Assembly: GCA_965237415.1 (NCBI GenBank)
Contig: CBDEFM010000001.1
Span: forward strand, 384,001-448,000
DNA: 64,000 bases
From: Alphaproteobacteria bacterium
GTDB lineage: Bacteria > Pseudomonadota > Alphaproteobacteria > UBA828
Direction of reading: 5' to 3'
Made by a program: the position numbers and the translations under genes. The notes under the pieces are model-generated. The model was not told the origin of the DNA, did no database searches, and saw nothing but the letters and a program-made list of their open reading frames with translations. Shown here in pieces: positions 46,975 through 58,751 of the stretch (the first letter of the stretch is position 1; every line of letters starts with the position of its first letter).

Positions 46975-47739
46975 GTGAACGGGCAAGAACAGGCGCGCGA
47001 CGCCGGCCGCGAGGCCGAGGTCCGGGCGCGGCTCGCCACCGTCACCGACCCCGAGCTCGACGAGCCGGTGACCGAACTCGGTTTCGTGGAGGCGGTGACG
47101 GTCGCAGCAGACGGCGCCGTCGCCATCGACTTCCGCCTGCCAACCTACTGGTGTGCCGCGAACTTCGCCTACATGATGGCCGAAGACATGCGCGACGCGG
47201 TCGCCACGCTGCCGTGGGTGACGGGTGTCGTCCCCCGCCTGCATGCGCACATGTGCGCAGATCAGGTCAATCGGGGGGTCGCCGAGGGCCTCGATTTCGG
47301 CGCCGCCTTCGGCGAGGCGGGAGAAGACGACGCTCTCGCCAGCCTGCGCACGACCTTTCGGCGCAAGGCGTTTCAGGGGCGGCAAGAGGCGCTGCTGCGT
47401 GCCCTGTTGGCGCAAGGCCTGGCCAAGTCCGTGCTGGCGGCGATGACCGTTCAGGCGCTGGAAGGCACCGCCATCGCCGGGGCCGAGGGCGCCGGCCTGA
47501 AACGCCGCTACCTGGAGATCAGAGCCCGCGTCGCCGGCCCGGCAGGCGCGGACGCGCTGGCGTTCGTCAAGCCCGACGGCGCACCGCTCTCTGAATCCGG
47601 CTTCGACGAGCATCTGCGCACACTCGCCAGCGTTCGCATCGCCATGGATTTCAACGGCGCACTCTGCCGCAGCCTGCTCGCCGCCCGCGACCGCGCCTCC
47701 GGAGCGACGCAGCCCGAGGGCGACACACTCCAGTCATAG
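46975..47739 (+). CDS. DUF59 / FeS-assembly (PaaD-like) domain protein
   Basis: L..V.DPELDEP.TELGFV, RLPTYWCAANFAYMM. Confidence 0.8.
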   Translation: MNGQEQARDAGREAEVRARLATVTDPELDEPVTELGFVEAVTVAADGAVAIDFRLPTYWCAANFAYMMAEDMRDAVATLPWVTGVVPRLHAHMCADQVNRGVAEGLDFGAAFGEAGEDDALASLRTTFRRKAFQGRQEALLRALLAQGLAKSVLAAMTVQALEGTAIAGAEGAGLKRRYLEIRARVAGPAGADALAFVKPDGAPLSESGFDEHLRTLASVRIAMDFNGALCRSLLAARDRASGATQPEGDTLQS

Positions 47740-47792
47740 CCAGTACCGACGTGCGGCAGCCGAACCCGGCTGCCGGTGCTTGCGGTCGGTCG

Positions 47793-49118
47793 TCAGGCCT
47801 GATCGAGGGCCTGATCGAGGTCGGCGATGATGTCGGCGATGCTCTCGATACCGACGGAGAGACGCACCACGTCCGGCCCGGCACCGGACTTGGTCTTCTG
47901 CTCGTCGGTGAGCTGGCGGTGCGTGGTGGACGCCGGGTGGATGATGAGGCTCCGCGTGTCGCCGATATTGGCGAGATGCGAGAACATGTTCACCGCATCG
48001 ACCACCTTGAGGCCCGCTTCGTAACCGCCCTTGGCGCCGAAGGTGAAGACAGCGCCGGCGCCGCGCGGCAGATACTGCTGGGCAAGTGCGTAATAGCGGC
48101 TCGATTCGAGCCCGGCATAGGAGACCCAAGAGACCTTGGGATGCCCCTCCAGATAGCGGGCGACCGCGAGCGCGTTGGAGCAGTGGCGCTCCATGCGGAG
48201 CGGCAGGGTCTCAACCCCCTGCAGGAGGTTCCAGGCCGCCTGCGCCGCCATGCAGGGGCCGTAATCCCTGAGCGCCACGGCGCGCACCTTCATGGTGAAG
48301 CCGAAATCGCCGAAGGTCTCGGCGAAGGTGAGGCCGTGATAGGCCGGGTCCGGCTTCGTCATGCTCGGGAACTTGTCGTTCTGCCACCAGTCGAAGCGGC
48401 CGGATTCGACGACCATGCCGCCCATGGTGTTGCCGTGGCCGCCGATGAACTTCGTGGTCGAGTGAACCACGAGATCGGCGCCGTGCTCGAAGGGCCGGCA
48501 GAGATAGGGCGAGGCGAGCGTGTTGTCGACGATGAGCGGCACACCGTGGCGCTTCGCGACCTCTGCGATCGCTTCGAGATCGAGCACGATGCCGCCGGGG
48601 TTGGCCAGTCCCTCGCAGAAGATGAACTTGACCTTGTCGGTCATCGCCCGCTCGATATTTTCCGGCTCCGTCATGTCGACGAAATGGCAGGTCCAGCCGA
48701 GCTTCTTGAAGCTCACGCCGAACTGGGTGAGCGAGCCGCCATAGAGATTGTTGGACGAGATGAACTCGTCGCCGCTCTCCAGCAGCGTCGCGCCCACCAG
48801 AAACTGGGCCGCATGGCCGGTCGATGCCGCCACGGCACCGCGCCCGTTCTCCAGCGCCGCGACCCGCTCCTCGAGCACGGCGACGGTGGGGTTTGTGATG
48901 CGCGAATAGATGTAGCCGAAGGCCTGTAGATTGAAGAGCTCGGCCGCGTGGTCGGCATCGTCGAAGGCATACGACGTGGTCTGGTAGATGGGCGTGGACC
49001 GCGCGCCGGTGACCGGATCGGGCCGCGCGCCGGCGTGAACCGCCAGCGTTTCCATGCCGTATTCGTGCTGCGGCGCGGCCTCGGCGGCCTGCGCTTTGAG
49101 GGGTTGCAGCTCGTTCAT
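47793..49118 (-). CDS. metY: O-acetylhomoserine aminocarboxypropyltransferase
   Basis: PIYQTTSY, YIYSRITNPT, LYGGS, IVDNT, HSTTKFIGGHG (PLP Lys), HLANIGD.RSL.IHPASTTH. Confidence 0.9.
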   Translation of the reverse strand: MNELQPLKAQAAEAAPQHEYGMETLAVHAGARPDPVTGARSTPIYQTTSYAFDDADHAAELFNLQAFGYIYSRITNPTVAVLEERVAALENGRGAVAASTGHAAQFLVGATLLESGDEFISSNNLYGGSLTQFGVSFKKLGWTCHFVDMTEPENIERAMTDKVKFIFCEGLANPGGIVLDLEAIAEVAKRHGVPLIVDNTLASPYLCRPFEHGADLVVHSTTKFIGGHGNTMGGMVVESGRFDWWQNDKFPSMTKPDPAYHGLTFAETFGDFGFTMKVRAVALRDYGPCMAAQAAWNLLQGVETLPLRMERHCSNALAVARYLEGHPKVSWVSYAGLESSRYYALAQQYLPRGAGAVFTFGAKGGYEAGLKVVDAVNMFSHLANIGDTRSLIIHPASTTHRQLTDEQKTKSGAGPDVVRLSVGIESIADIIADLDQALDQA

Positions 49119-49666
49119 GCGTTGAGCGGCCTTGCCCGCTTGGCGGAAATGATCCGCGAGTTGATGCCGCTCCAGCTCAACTCGCCCGAGAGCCGGGCGA
49201 ACTCGATCTTGGGGCAGCGGTTCATGACGACCGTGAGCCCGGTCTCTTCAGCGAGCTGCGCGGCGTGGTCGTTGCGCACCGTGAGCTGCATCCACAGCAC
49301 CTCGACGCCCTTCTCGTCCTTGTTCGCGATCACGTCCTTGGTGATATCCAGCGCCTCCTCCGAGGTGCGGAAGATATCCACCATGTCGAGCTTATCGGGA
49401 CATTCCGCGATGCTGCCATAAACGGTCTCGCCCAGGATCGTCTCCCCGGCCCGGGTGGGATTGATCGGGATCACCCGATAACCCTTCTTGGTCAGGTACT
49501 TCATCGCGTAGAAGCTGGGCCGGCGCCACTGGGTGCTGGCACCCACCATGGCGAAGGTCTTGACCCGGCGCAGAATTCGCCGCAGGTGATCGTCGGTGTA
49601 GCCGTCGTGCTGCGGCAGGAAGACGAGTGGGTGCCCGTCCGTCGACTTGATCGCGACATCGACCAT
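49115..49666 (-). CDS. CoA-binding domain protein
   Basis: AMVGAS....RPS..AMKYL..KGY..IPINP, DMVDIFR, WMQL, MNRCPKIE; usual metY neighbour. Confidence 0.88.
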   Translation of the reverse strand: MVDVAIKSTDGHPLVFLPQHDGYTDDHLRRILRRVKTFAMVGASTQWRRPSFYAMKYLTKKGYRVIPINPTRAGETILGETVYGSIAECPDKLDMVDIFRTSEEALDITKDVIANKDEKGVEVLWMQLTVRNDHAAQLAEETGLTVVMNRCPKIEFARLSGELSWSGINSRIISAKRARPLNA

Positions 49667-49819
49667 TGTGAGAGTTCCGTAAGGCCAGCGGGAGCGCGGG
49701 AGGCGCACAAGTAGCCCCCGCGCCCCGGCCAGTCAAGGCGCGCACGACGCATGCGGCGGCGCCGATGCCGCGGCCGTGAGTGACACGGAAGGACGGTTAC
49801 TGTATTCGGGCATCGACAC

Positions 49820-51070
49820 ATGAAGAAGTTCTCGATCTTCAGCCTGGCGCGCAACGCGCTGAGCCATCACGAGCGCTGGCCGGAGCAGTGGCGGAGCCCC
49901 GCACCGAAGCCGGCCTACGATGTCGTCATCATCGGCGCCGGCGGGCATGGGCTCGCCACCGCCTACTACCTCGCCAGCCTCCACGGCATTACCGATGTCG
50001 CGGTGCTGGAGAAGGGCTGGCTCGGCGGCGGCAACACCGGGCGCAACACCACGGTGATCCGCTCCAACTACCTGTGGGACGAAAGCGCCGCGCTCTACGA
50101 GCATTCGCTGAAGCTCTGGGAGGGGCTGGCACAGGAGCTCAACTACAACCTGATGTTCAGCCAGCGCGGCGTGCTGAACCTGATCCACAATGTCCACGAC
50201 CTGCAGGAGGCGACCCGGCGGGTCAACGCCAACCGGCTCAACGCTGTCGACGGCGAGCTCTTGTCCACGGAAGAGGTCAAGGCATTCTGCCCGATCCTCA
50301 ACACCTCGCCGAACACGCGCTACCCAATTTTGGGCGGCACCCTGCAGCGGCGGGGTGGCAATGCGCGCCATGACGCCGTCGCCTGGGGCTTCGCCCGGGC
50401 GGCGGACGCTCGGGGCGTGGATATCATCCAGAACTGCGAGGTCACCGGCATCGATGTCGAGGCCGGCCGGGTGACCGGGGTGCAGACCACCCGGGGCGCG
50501 ATTGCCGCGCGCAAGATCGGCATCGTTGTCGCGGGCCACAGCTCGGTGCTGGCCCAGATGGCGGGCTTTCGCCTGCCAATTGAGAGCCATCCCCTGCAGG
50601 CGCTGGTCTCCGAGCCGCTCAAGCCGGTGCTGCACTGCGTCATCATGTCGATCGGCGTGCACGTCTACGTCAGCCAGTCGGACAAGGGCGAGCTCGTGAT
50701 CGGCGCGGGCCTCGACCCGCCCAACTCCTACAGCCAGCGCGGCGGCCTGCACACCATCGAGGACCAGATTGGGGCGCTGGTCGAGCTGATCCCGATCTTC
50801 AGCCGGGTGCGCATGATGCGCTCGTGGGCCGGGATCGTGGATGTCTGCCCCGACGCCTCGCCCGTCATCGGCAAGACCCCCGTGGACGGGCTCTTCATCA
50901 ACGGCGGCTGGGGCACAGGCGGCTTCAAGGCGACGCCGGGCTCCGGCTGGGTGTTGGCGCATACCATCGCGACCGGCGAGCCGCACCCGCTCAACGCGCC
51001 TTTCGCCCTCGACCGCTTCACCTCGGGCGCGCTGATCGACGAGCACGCGGCGGCGGCCGTGGCGCACTAG
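49820..51070 (+). CDS. soxB: Sarcosine oxidase beta subunit
   Basis: [60 protein letters not shown]. Confidence 0.95.
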   Translation: MKKFSIFSLARNALSHHERWPEQWRSPAPKPAYDVVIIGAGGHGLATAYYLASLHGITDVAVLEKGWLGGGNTGRNTTVIRSNYLWDESAALYEHSLKLWEGLAQELNYNLMFSQRGVLNLIHNVHDLQEATRRVNANRLNAVDGELLSTEEVKAFCPILNTSPNTRYPILGGTLQRRGGNARHDAVAWGFARAADARGVDIIQNCEVTGIDVEAGRVTGVQTTRGAIAARKIGIVVAGHSSVLAQMAGFRLPIESHPLQALVSEPLKPVLHCVIMSIGVHVYVSQSDKGELVIGAGLDPPNSYSQRGGLHTIEDQIGALVELIPIFSRVRMMRSWAGIVDVCPDASPVIGKTPVDGLFINGGWGTGGFKATPGSGWVLAHTIATGEPHPLNAPFALDRFTSGALIDEHAAAAVAH

Positions 51071-51082
51071 AGGCCTGGCGGG

Positions 51083-51379
51083 ATGCTCTGGATCGACTGC
51101 CCCTGGTGCGGCGCCCGGCCCGAGACCGAGTTTCGCTACGGCGGCGAGGCCCATATCGCGCGCCCCGACCCGGCAGCGACCGACGATGCGGGCTGGGCCG
51201 ATTACCTCTTCATGCGGAGCAACCCCAAGGGTGTCCACGCCGAGCGCTGGATGCACCGGGAAGGCTGCCGGCGCTGGTTCAACGCGCTGCGCGACACCGT
51301 CAGCAACGACGTGCTCGCGATCTATCCCATGGGCGCGCCGCGGCCCGATGCGTCCGGCGGCGAGGCGGAGAACGAATAG
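51083..51379 (+). CDS. soxD: Sarcosine oxidase delta subunit
   Basis: CPWCG.RPE.EF.YGGEAH, NPKG...ERW.H..GC..WFN..RDT. Confidence 0.95.
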   Translation: MLWIDCPWCGARPETEFRYGGEAHIARPDPAATDDAGWADYLFMRSNPKGVHAERWMHREGCRRWFNALRDTVSNDVLAIYPMGAPRPDASGGEAENE

Positions 51380-54300
51380 TGCGCTTCCGTCTCAAGGAGG
51401 GTGGGCGGATCGACCGCACCAAGCGTCTCCGCTTCACCTTCAACGGACGCAGCTTTGAGGGCTTCGCCGGCGACACGCTGGCGTCCGCGCTGATTGCGAA
51501 CGGCACCCATCTCACGAGCCGGAGCTTCAAGTATCACCGGCCGCGCGGCATCCTCACCGCGGGCGCGGAGGAGCCGTCCGCCCTGGTCCAGCTCGGGACC
51601 GGCGCGCGCACGGAGCCCAACTTCCGCGCGACTCAGGTGGAGCTTTATGACGGGCTCACCGCTAGGGGCGTCAATGCCTGGCCGAGCGCCAACTTCGACC
51701 TTGCTGCCTGGACCGGGCGGCTCGCGCCGCTCTTCCCCGCCGGCTTCTACTACAAGACCTTTCTCTGGCCGGCGTCGTTTTGGAAGTCGCTCTACGAGCC
51801 CGCCATCCGGCGCATGGCAGGGCTCGGCCGCGCGCCCGACGCCCCCGACCCCGACTCCTACGACAAGATGTCGGTCCACTGCGACGTGCTGGTCGTGGGC
51901 GGCGGACCGGCGGGGATCGCTGCGGCGCTCGCCGCCGGCGAGGCCGGCGCGCGGGTCCTGCTCGTGGACGAGCAGGCGACGCTCGGCGGTGCTCTGTTGG
52001 GCCTCCGCCATAGGATCGACGGCGCTGACGGCGCGGCCTGGGCCGGGTCGGCGGCAGAGCGCCTCACCGCCATGCCGGAGGTGCGCGTTCTCACCCGCAC
52101 GACGCTCTTCGGTTACTACGACCACAACTCGCTGAGCGCGCTGGAGCGCCGCACCGACCATCTGGGGCCGCGCGCGCCCGCCGACATGAGCCGCCAGCGC
52201 CTGTGGAACATCAAGGCGCGCCGCGTGGTGCTCGCCACCGGCGCCCATGAGCGCCCGCTAGTCTTCGCCGACAACGACCGCCCCGGGATCATGCTGGCCT
52301 CGGCGGCGCAGCGCTATGTCAACCACTATGCGGCGCTGCCGGGCAAGCGTGCCGTGCTCTTCACCAACAACGACGACGCCTACCAGGCGGCGCACGACAT
52401 CGTGGACGCAGGCGGCACCGTCGCCGCCGTGGTCGATTGCAGGCCAGAGCCTGCGGCGCCGCTGGCGCCCGAGCTGAAGGAGGCCGGCGTAGCCCTCCAC
52501 ACCGGCTCCGTCATCGCCGCCACCCACGGCACGAAGCGGGTCCGCGCCGTCACCGTCGCCACGCTTGACAGGGATGGCAGGATTGGCGGCTCCGTGCGCC
52601 GCATCGCCTGCGATAGCGTGCTCGTTTCCGGCGGCTGGAACCCGGCGGTGCATCTCTTCAGCCAGTCGGCCGGCAAGCTCACGTTCGAGGAGGCGCGCGG
52701 GATCTTCCTGCCCGGCAGGGCCACGCAGGCGCTGGAGGTTGCGGGTGCCGCCGGCGGCAGCTTCGGCCTCACCGCCTGCCTCGCGGAAGGTGCGGCCGCC
52801 GGTGCGCGCGCGGCCCAGGCGGCAGGCTTCGGCGACGGCACGGCGCCGGCGGTGCCGCCCGTCGAAGCGCCCGAGCCCGGCGCCATCGCGCCCATGTGGT
52901 TGGTGCCGGGGCTGAAGCCGCTCGGCCACGGCAAGGCCAAGCACATGGTCGACCATCAGGACGACGTGACCGCGGCGGATATCCAGCTCGCGGCGCGCGA
53001 GGGCTTCCGCTCGGTCGAGCATGTCAAGCGCTACACCACCGTCGGCATGGGCACAGACCAGGGCAAGACGTCGAACGTCAACGGGCTCGCCATCCTCGCC
53101 GATGCGCTGGGCAAGACCGTGCCCGAGGTCGGCACCACCACCTACCGCCCGCCCTACACGCCGGTCACCTTCGGCGCGCTCGCAGGGCGCGATCGCGGCG
53201 CGCTGATGGACCCGGTGCGGCGCACCGCGATGCACGAATGGCACGAGGACCACGGCGCGGTGTTCGAGCCCGTCGGCCAATGGCACCGGCCTTGGTGGTA
53301 TCCCAAGCCAGGCGAGGACAAGCATGCTGCGGTGGCGCGCGAATGCCGGGCGGTGCGGGAGGCCGTCGGCATCCTCGACGCCTCCACCCTCGGCAAGATC
53401 GATATCAAGGGGCCGGACGCGGCGACCCTGCTCGACATGGTCTACACCAACACCTTCTCGACGCTGAAGGTGGGCCGCGTGCGCTACGGGCTCATGTGCG
53501 GCGACGACGGCATGGTGTTCGACGACGGCACAACCGCGCGCCTCGGCGAGCAGCACTATCTGATGACCACCACCACCGGCAATGCGGCCCACGTGCTGGA
53601 GTGGCTGGAGGAATGGCTGCAGACCGAGTGGCCGGAGCTCAAGGTCTACTGCACCTCGGTCACCGAGCAATGGGCGACTGTCGCCCTCGCCGGCCCGAAG
53701 GCCCGCGATGTGCTGGCCACGATGGCGCCGCAGTTGGCGCTCGACACCGACTCTTTCCCCTTCATGAGCGTGAAGGAGGGCATCGTCGCAGGCGTGAACG
53801 CGCGCGTCTTCCGCATCAGCTTCACCGGCGAGCTCAGCTTCGAGATCAACGTGCCCTGGCACCACGGGCACCACCTGTGGGAGGCGCTGATGGAGGCGGG
53901 CGCCGCGCACGGCATCACCCCCTACGGCACCGAGGCGATGCACGTGCTCCGGGCCGAGCGGGGCTTCATCATCGTCGGCCAGGAGACCGACGGCACCGCC
54001 ACACCCCAGGACCTCGGCATGGACTGGATCGTCTCCAAGAAGAAGCCGGATTTCCTGGGCAAGCGCGCCTGGGGCCGCGAGGACACGCGGCGGGAGGACC
54101 GCAAGCAGCTCGTCGGCATCCTCACCGACAACCCCAACGCCGTGCTGCCCGAGGGCACGCAGCTCGTGGACAAGCCGGGGCGGCCGCCGCTACCGATGAT
54201 CGGCCACGTCACCTCCAGCTATGCGAGCCCGACGCTGGGCCGCTCCATCGCGCTCGCGCTGGTGAAGGGCGGCCGTCCGCGCATCGGCGAGACCATCCAT

Positions 54301-54384
54301 GCAGCGCCCGAGAGCGGCTTCCTCCCCTGCAAGGTCACGGAGCCGGTGTTCTACGATCCGGAAGGAGCCAAGCGGGATGGCTGA
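51379..54384 (+). CDS. soxA: Sarcosine oxidase alpha subunit
   Basis: GDTLASAL.ANG, RSFKYHRPRG, AGFYYKTF, EH.KRYTT.GMGTDQGK, GcvT-like C-terminus FYDPEG; GTG start at 51379. Confidence 0.95.
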   Translation: MRFRLKEGGRIDRTKRLRFTFNGRSFEGFAGDTLASALIANGTHLTSRSFKYHRPRGILTAGAEEPSALVQLGTGARTEPNFRATQVELYDGLTARGVNAWPSANFDLAAWTGRLAPLFPAGFYYKTFLWPASFWKSLYEPAIRRMAGLGRAPDAPDPDSYDKMSVHCDVLVVGGGPAGIAAALAAGEAGARVLLVDEQATLGGALLGLRHRIDGADGAAWAGSAAERLTAMPEVRVLTRTTLFGYYDHNSLSALERRTDHLGPRAPADMSRQRLWNIKARRVVLATGAHERPLVFADNDRPGIMLASAAQRYVNHYAALPGKRAVLFTNNDDAYQAAHDIVDAGGTVAAVVDCRPEPAAPLAPELKEAGVALHTGSVIAATHGTKRVRAVTVATLDRDGRIGGSVRRIACDSVLVSGGWNPAVHLFSQSAGKLTFEEARGIFLPGRATQALEVAGAAGGSFGLTACLAEGAAAGARAAQAAGFGDGTAPAVPPVEAPEPGAIAPMWLVPGLKPLGHGKAKHMVDHQDDVTAADIQLAAREGFRSVEHVKRYTTVGMGTDQGKTSNVNGLAILADALGKTVPEVGTTTYRPPYTPVTFGALAGRDRGALMDPVRRTAMHEWHEDHGAVFEPVGQWHRPWWYPKPGEDKHAAVARECRAVREAVGILDASTLGKIDIKGPDAATLLDMVYTNTFSTLKVGRVRYGLMCGDDGMVFDDGTTARLGEQHYLMTTTTGNAAHVLEWLEEWLQTEWPELKVYCTSVTEQWATVALAGPKARDVLATMAPQLALDTDSFPFMSVKEGIVAGVNARVFRISFTGELSFEINVPWHHGHHLWEALMEAGAAHGITPYGTEAMHVLRAERGFIIVGQETDGTATPQDLGMDWIVSKKKPDFLGKRAWGREDTRREDRKQLVGILTDNPNAVLPEGTQLVDKPGRPPLPMIGHVTSSYASPTLGRSIALALVKGGRPRIGETIHAAPESGFLPCKVTEPVFYDPEGAKRDG

Positions 54385-54970
54385 GGCACCGGCACCGCGC
54401 AGCCCGCTCGCGGGCCTCGCCGACGCGATCGCGGAAGCGCGCGCAGGCGATGCCGTCCTCGTCGAGCGGCCGCCGCGGACCAGGCTCAATCTTCGGCTGG
54501 ATCCCGAGGACTCGGACGCGCTCACCGCCGCCGGTGCGGCGCTGGGCGGCGCGTTGCCGCTGACGCCCAACACCGCCGCCGCCACCGCCCGCGGCTGGAC
54601 CCTGCTCTGGCTCGGCCCCGACGAGTGGCTGGCGACCGGCCCGGCCCACGGCGGAGTCGCGCTCGTTGAGGCGCTCGGAACGTCGCTCGACAGCAAGCAC
54701 CACGCAGTGTGCGACGTGAGCGCCATGTATGCCACGCTTGCGCTCTCCGGCCGCCACGCGCGCGAGGTGCTGATGAAGGGCTGCCGCCTCGACCTTCACC
54801 CGCGCGCGTTTGCGCCCGGCGCCTGCGCGCAGACGGCGCTGGCAAGAGCGCAAGTGATCCTGCACCAGACCGACGACGACCCCAGCTTCGAGATCACCGT
54901 GCGCAACTCCTTCGCCCACTACCTCGCCACCTGGCTCCTCGACGCCACGGCAGAGTACCGGCCGGCCTGA
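54377..54970 (+). CDS. soxG: Sarcosine oxidase gamma subunit
   Basis: [40 protein letters not shown]. Confidence 0.93.
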   Translation: MAEAPAPRSPLAGLADAIAEARAGDAVLVERPPRTRLNLRLDPEDSDALTAAGAALGGALPLTPNTAAATARGWTLLWLGPDEWLATGPAHGGVALVEALGTSLDSKHHAVCDVSAMYATLALSGRHAREVLMKGCRLDLHPRAFAPGACAQTALARAQVILHQTDDDPSFEITVRNSFAHYLATWLLDATAEYRPA

Positions 54971-55091
54971 GCGGCAGCTTGTCCCGTCGCCGCCGCTCGC
55001 CTATGGTGCGCCGGCGAAAGCGGACGGGGCGGCCGCGTCGGGCACGTGCGGCCGCACGGCGGCGCCACGCCCCCGGCGCCAGGGGCGGTTC

Positions 55092-56375
55092 ATGGACAGT
55101 ATTCGCATCAGGGGCGGCCGCCCGCTCGAAGGCGAGATCGAGATCTTCGGCGCCAAGAACGCGGCCCTGCCGCTGATGGCCGCGAGCCTTTTGACCGACG
55201 AGACTCTGACGCTCTCGAACATTCCCCACCTCACCGATATCACGACCCTTGTGCACCTCCTCGCCCAGCACGGCGTCGAGATCGGCATGGACGGCAACGC
55301 GCGACGGGGCGGCAATGCCGGGCGTGTGCTCTCGCTCCGCGCCCGCCATATCACCAACACCACGGCGCCCTACGAGCTGGTGAGCCGGATGCGTGCCTCC
55401 ATCCTGGTGCTGGGGCCGCTGCTCGCCCGCACAGGGCGCGCGACCGTCTCGCTCCCCGGCGGCTGCGCCATCGGCACCCGCCCGGTCGATCTGCATATCG
55501 ACGGGCTCACCCGCCTCGGCGCCCAGGTCGTTCTCGAAGACGGCGACATCAGCGCGCATGCGCGCGGGCGGCTGCGCGGGGCCGAGATCAGGCTGCCCTT
55601 CGCCTCGGTGGGTGCGACGGAAAACCTGATGATGGCGGCGACGCTAGCGGACGGCGAGACAGTCATCCGCAACGCGGCGCGCGAGCCGGAAATCGCCGAT
55701 CTCGCCCACTGCCTGAACGCGATGGGCGCTGACATCAGCGGGGTCGGCAGCGACGAGCTCGTGATCCAGGGCCAGGAGGCGCTCTCCGGCACCGACCACC
55801 ACGTGGTAGGCGACAGGATCGAGGCCGGCACCTATGCACTGGCCGCTGCAATCGTGGGCGGCGATGTCGAGCTCGCCGGTGCGCCGTCGGCGCTCCTGCG
55901 CTCTTTGCTCGACTATCTGGAGGCCGCCGGCGTTACCATTACCGAGACGCCGCACGGGCTCAGGGTGCGCGGCAACGGCCGGCCGATGGCGACGGACGTG
56001 ACGACGCGGCCCTATCCCGGCTTTCCCACCGACCTCCAGGCGCAGGCGATGGCGCTGATGACGGTTGCCGACGGCGCCGCGATGATCACCGAGACGATCT
56101 TCGAGAATCGCTTCATGCATGTGCAGGAGCTGCGCCGCATGGGCGCGGACATCGCCGTGCGCGGCGGCACAGCACTGGTGCGGGGGGTCGCCTCACTGAC
56201 CGGCGCACAGGTGATGGCGACCGACCTCCGGGCCTCGTCATCGCTGGTCCTCGCAGGGCTTGCCGCCGCAGGCGAGACGGTGGTGCACCGGGTCTATCAC
56301 CTTGATCGCGGCTATGAGCGGATCGAGGACAAGCTCGCGGCCTGCGGCGCCGAAATCGACCGGGTCCATCATTGA
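55092..56375 (+). CDS. murA: UDP-N-acetylglucosamine 1-carboxyvinyltransferase
   Basis: [55 protein letters not shown]. Confidence 0.97.
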   Translation: MDSIRIRGGRPLEGEIEIFGAKNAALPLMAASLLTDETLTLSNIPHLTDITTLVHLLAQHGVEIGMDGNARRGGNAGRVLSLRARHITNTTAPYELVSRMRASILVLGPLLARTGRATVSLPGGCAIGTRPVDLHIDGLTRLGAQVVLEDGDISAHARGRLRGAEIRLPFASVGATENLMMAATLADGETVIRNAAREPEIADLAHCLNAMGADISGVGSDELVIQGQEALSGTDHHVVGDRIEAGTYALAAAIVGGDVELAGAPSALLRSLLDYLEAAGVTITETPHGLRVRGNGRPMATDVTTRPYPGFPTDLQAQAMALMTVADGAAMITETIFENRFMHVQELRRMGADIAVRGGTALVRGVASLTGAQVMATDLRASSSLVLAGLAAAGETVVHRVYHLDRGYERIEDKLAACGAEIDRVHH

Positions 56376-56803
56376 CTGCACCGGCGCGCCTCAGACTGCG
56401 GGCGGAAGACGCCGGCGATCTCGCCGTGATCTCGGCATGCCTGGAGGATGCCGTCTTCGCGGTGGGCGAGATGGCCTTCGAGCCCGCCGACAGCCGCTTC
56501 GCGGCCATCGTCGTGCGCCGCTGCCGCGGGGCCGCCGGCGGCCCCGCGGGCCAGGCGCGCGCCGCGATCCACTTCGACGGGGTGTCTGCGGTCAAGCTGC
56601 GCGGGATCGACCGTACGGAGCCCGCGCGGCTGCTCAAGCTCGCGGGCATCATCGCCGAGCCCGGCCGGTCTGCGACCGTTGTGCGGCTTCTCTTCCAGGA
56701 CGGTGCCGAGGTATGGATCGAGGCCGAACGCCTCGCCGGCCATTTTCAGGACCTGGAGGAGCCGCGGCCGACTTCGGCGGGCGAGCGGGAGCCGGTGCCA
56801 TGA
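56372..56803 (+). CDS. DUF2948 family protein
   Basis: LRLRAED..DL.VISA.L.DAV; conserved position between murA and the his genes. Confidence 0.8.
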   Translation: MTAPARLRLRAEDAGDLAVISACLEDAVFAVGEMAFEPADSRFAAIVVRRCRGAAGGPAGQARAAIHFDGVSAVKLRGIDRTEPARLLKLAGIIAEPGRSATVVRLLFQDGAEVWIEAERLAGHFQDLEEPRPTSAGEREPVP

Positions 56804-57465
56804 GCGACGGCCTGCTGCTCGCGCTGCCCAAAGGCAGGATTGCCCGCGAGCTTACGCCGCTGCTGGCGCGCGCAGGCATCGAGCCGGAGGCCGCGTTCGC
56901 GGACGACGACGCGCGCCAGCTCCGCTTTGCCACCTCGGATCCGGGGCTCGGGCTGATCCGGGTGCGGAGCTTCGACGTCGCCACCTTCGTCGCCTTCGGC
57001 GCGGCCCAGCTCGGCGTCGTCGGCAACGACGTGCTGATGGAGTTCGACTACCGCGAAATCTATGCGCCGCTCGACCTCGGCATCGGCCTCTGCCGCATGG
57101 TGGTGGCGGAGCCGTCGGAACTCGCGACTGGGGATGATCCTTCGCGCTGGAGTCATGTGCGGGTCGCCACCAAGTATCCCCGTATGACGCGCCGCCATTT
57201 CGCCGCCCGCGGGGTCCAGGCCGAATGCATCAAGCTCACCGGCGCCATGGAGCTGGCACCTGGGCTCGGGCTCTGCCGGCGCATCGTCGATCTGGTGGGC
57301 TCCGGCGCGACGCTCCGGGCCAACGGCCTGGTCGAGGTCGAACATATCGCCGACATCTCCGCCCGGCTCGTGGTCAACCGCACCGCGCTCAAGACACGGG
57401 CAGGCGAGCTCCAGGCCTGGATCGAGCGCTTCGGCGAGGCAGTGAATGGCACGCAGGCTGGATAG
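56800..57465 (+). CDS. hisG: ATP phosphoribosyltransferase, short form
   Basis: [55 protein letters not shown]. Confidence 0.95.
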   Translation: MSDGLLLALPKGRIARELTPLLARAGIEPEAAFADDDARQLRFATSDPGLGLIRVRSFDVATFVAFGAAQLGVVGNDVLMEFDYREIYAPLDLGIGLCRMVVAEPSELATGDDPSRWSHVRVATKYPRMTRRHFAARGVQAECIKLTGAMELAPGLGLCRRIVDLVGSGATLRANGLVEVEHIADISARLVVNRTALKTRAGELQAWIERFGEAVNGTQAG

Positions 57466-58747
57466 CACAGGCGCCGGCTTCGCTGCCGCCTTCGAGGTCC
57501 TGCTCGAGGCCCGGCGGGGCGTGGCGGACGACGTGGACCGCGAGGCTGCGGCAATTGTCGATACAGTACGCGAAGGCGGCGATGCGGCGCTGCTCGACTA
57601 CACGGCGCGCTTCGACCGCATCGCGCTCACGCCTGAGCAGATACGGATTTCGGCGGCAGACATCGCCACCCACGCGGCCGCAGCGCCCAATTCGGTACGC
57701 GACGCGCTCGTGCAGGCGGCCGAACGGATCGAGTCGTTCCACCGCCACCTGATGCCGGCCGATCTCGACTACCGCGACGACGTCGGTGTCAGGCTGGGTG
57801 CCCGCTGGCGCCCGTTGGACGCGGTCGGGATCTACGTGCCGGGCGGCACGGCCGCCTATCCGAGCACCGTGCTGATGAACGCGATCCCCGCGCGCGTCGC
57901 CGGCGTGCAGCGCGTCGCCATGGTCGTGCCGACGCCGGATGGCGCGCTCGACCCTGCGGTGATGGCCGCCTCCGAGATCGCAGGCGTCACAGAGATCTAT
58001 CGGGTGGGCGGGGCGCAGGCCGTCGCCGCGCTCGCCCACGGCACCGAGACGATTGCGCCGGTGGACAAGATCGTGGGCCCCGGCAACGCCTATGTCGCCG
58101 CCGCCAAGCACCTGGTCTTCGGCACCGTCGGCATCGACATGATCGCGGGCCCCTCCGAGATCCTGGTGGTCGCCGATGGCGCCAATGAGCCGGATTGGAT
58201 CGCCGCGGACCTGCTCTCGCAAGCCGAGCATGACGAAGACGCGCAGGCGATCCTGATCGCGGACGACAGCGCCTTCGCCACCCAGGTGACGGATGCGGTG
58301 GCAGGGCATCTGGCGCAGCTCCCCCGCGCCACCATCGCTGCCGCGAGCTGGCGCCGCCACGGCGCCGTCATCATCGTTCGTTCCCTCGACGAGGCGCCGG
58401 CGCTGATCAATCGCCTCGCGCCCGAGCACCTGGAGCTCGCCGTGGACGAGCCTTTGACACTGGCCGAGGCCGTGACCAGCGCCGGCGCCATCTTCCTCGG
58501 CCGCCACACGCCCGAAGCAATCGGCGACTATGTGGCCGGCCCCAACCACGTGCTGCCGACGGCGCGCAGCGCCCGCTTCTCCTCGGGTCTCTCGCCGCTG
58601 GATTTCCTCAAGCGCACGACCTTCGTCGGCTGCGACGCCGCGAGCCTCGCGCAAATCGGCCCGGCGGCCGTGACGCTCGCCGAAGCCGAGGGCCTTCATG
58701 CCCACGCGCTCTCGGTGGCGCTCAGGCTCGGCGGCGGGTCGGAGTGA
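57446..58747 (+). CDS. hisD: Histidinol dehydrogenase
   Basis: [62 protein letters not shown]. Confidence 0.97.
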   Translation: MARRLDSTGAGFAAAFEVLLEARRGVADDVDREAAAIVDTVREGGDAALLDYTARFDRIALTPEQIRISAADIATHAAAAPNSVRDALVQAAERIESFHRHLMPADLDYRDDVGVRLGARWRPLDAVGIYVPGGTAAYPSTVLMNAIPARVAGVQRVAMVVPTPDGALDPAVMAASEIAGVTEIYRVGGAQAVAALAHGTETIAPVDKIVGPGNAYVAAAKHLVFGTVGIDMIAGPSEILVVADGANEPDWIAADLLSQAEHDEDAQAILIADDSAFATQVTDAVAGHLAQLPRATIAAASWRRHGAVIIVRSLDEAPALINRLAPEHLELAVDEPLTLAEAVTSAGAIFLGRHTPEAIGDYVAGPNHVLPTARSARFSSGLSPLDFLKRTTFVGCDAASLAQIGPAAVTLAEAEGLHAHALSVALRLGGGSE

Positions 58748-58751
58748 GCGC

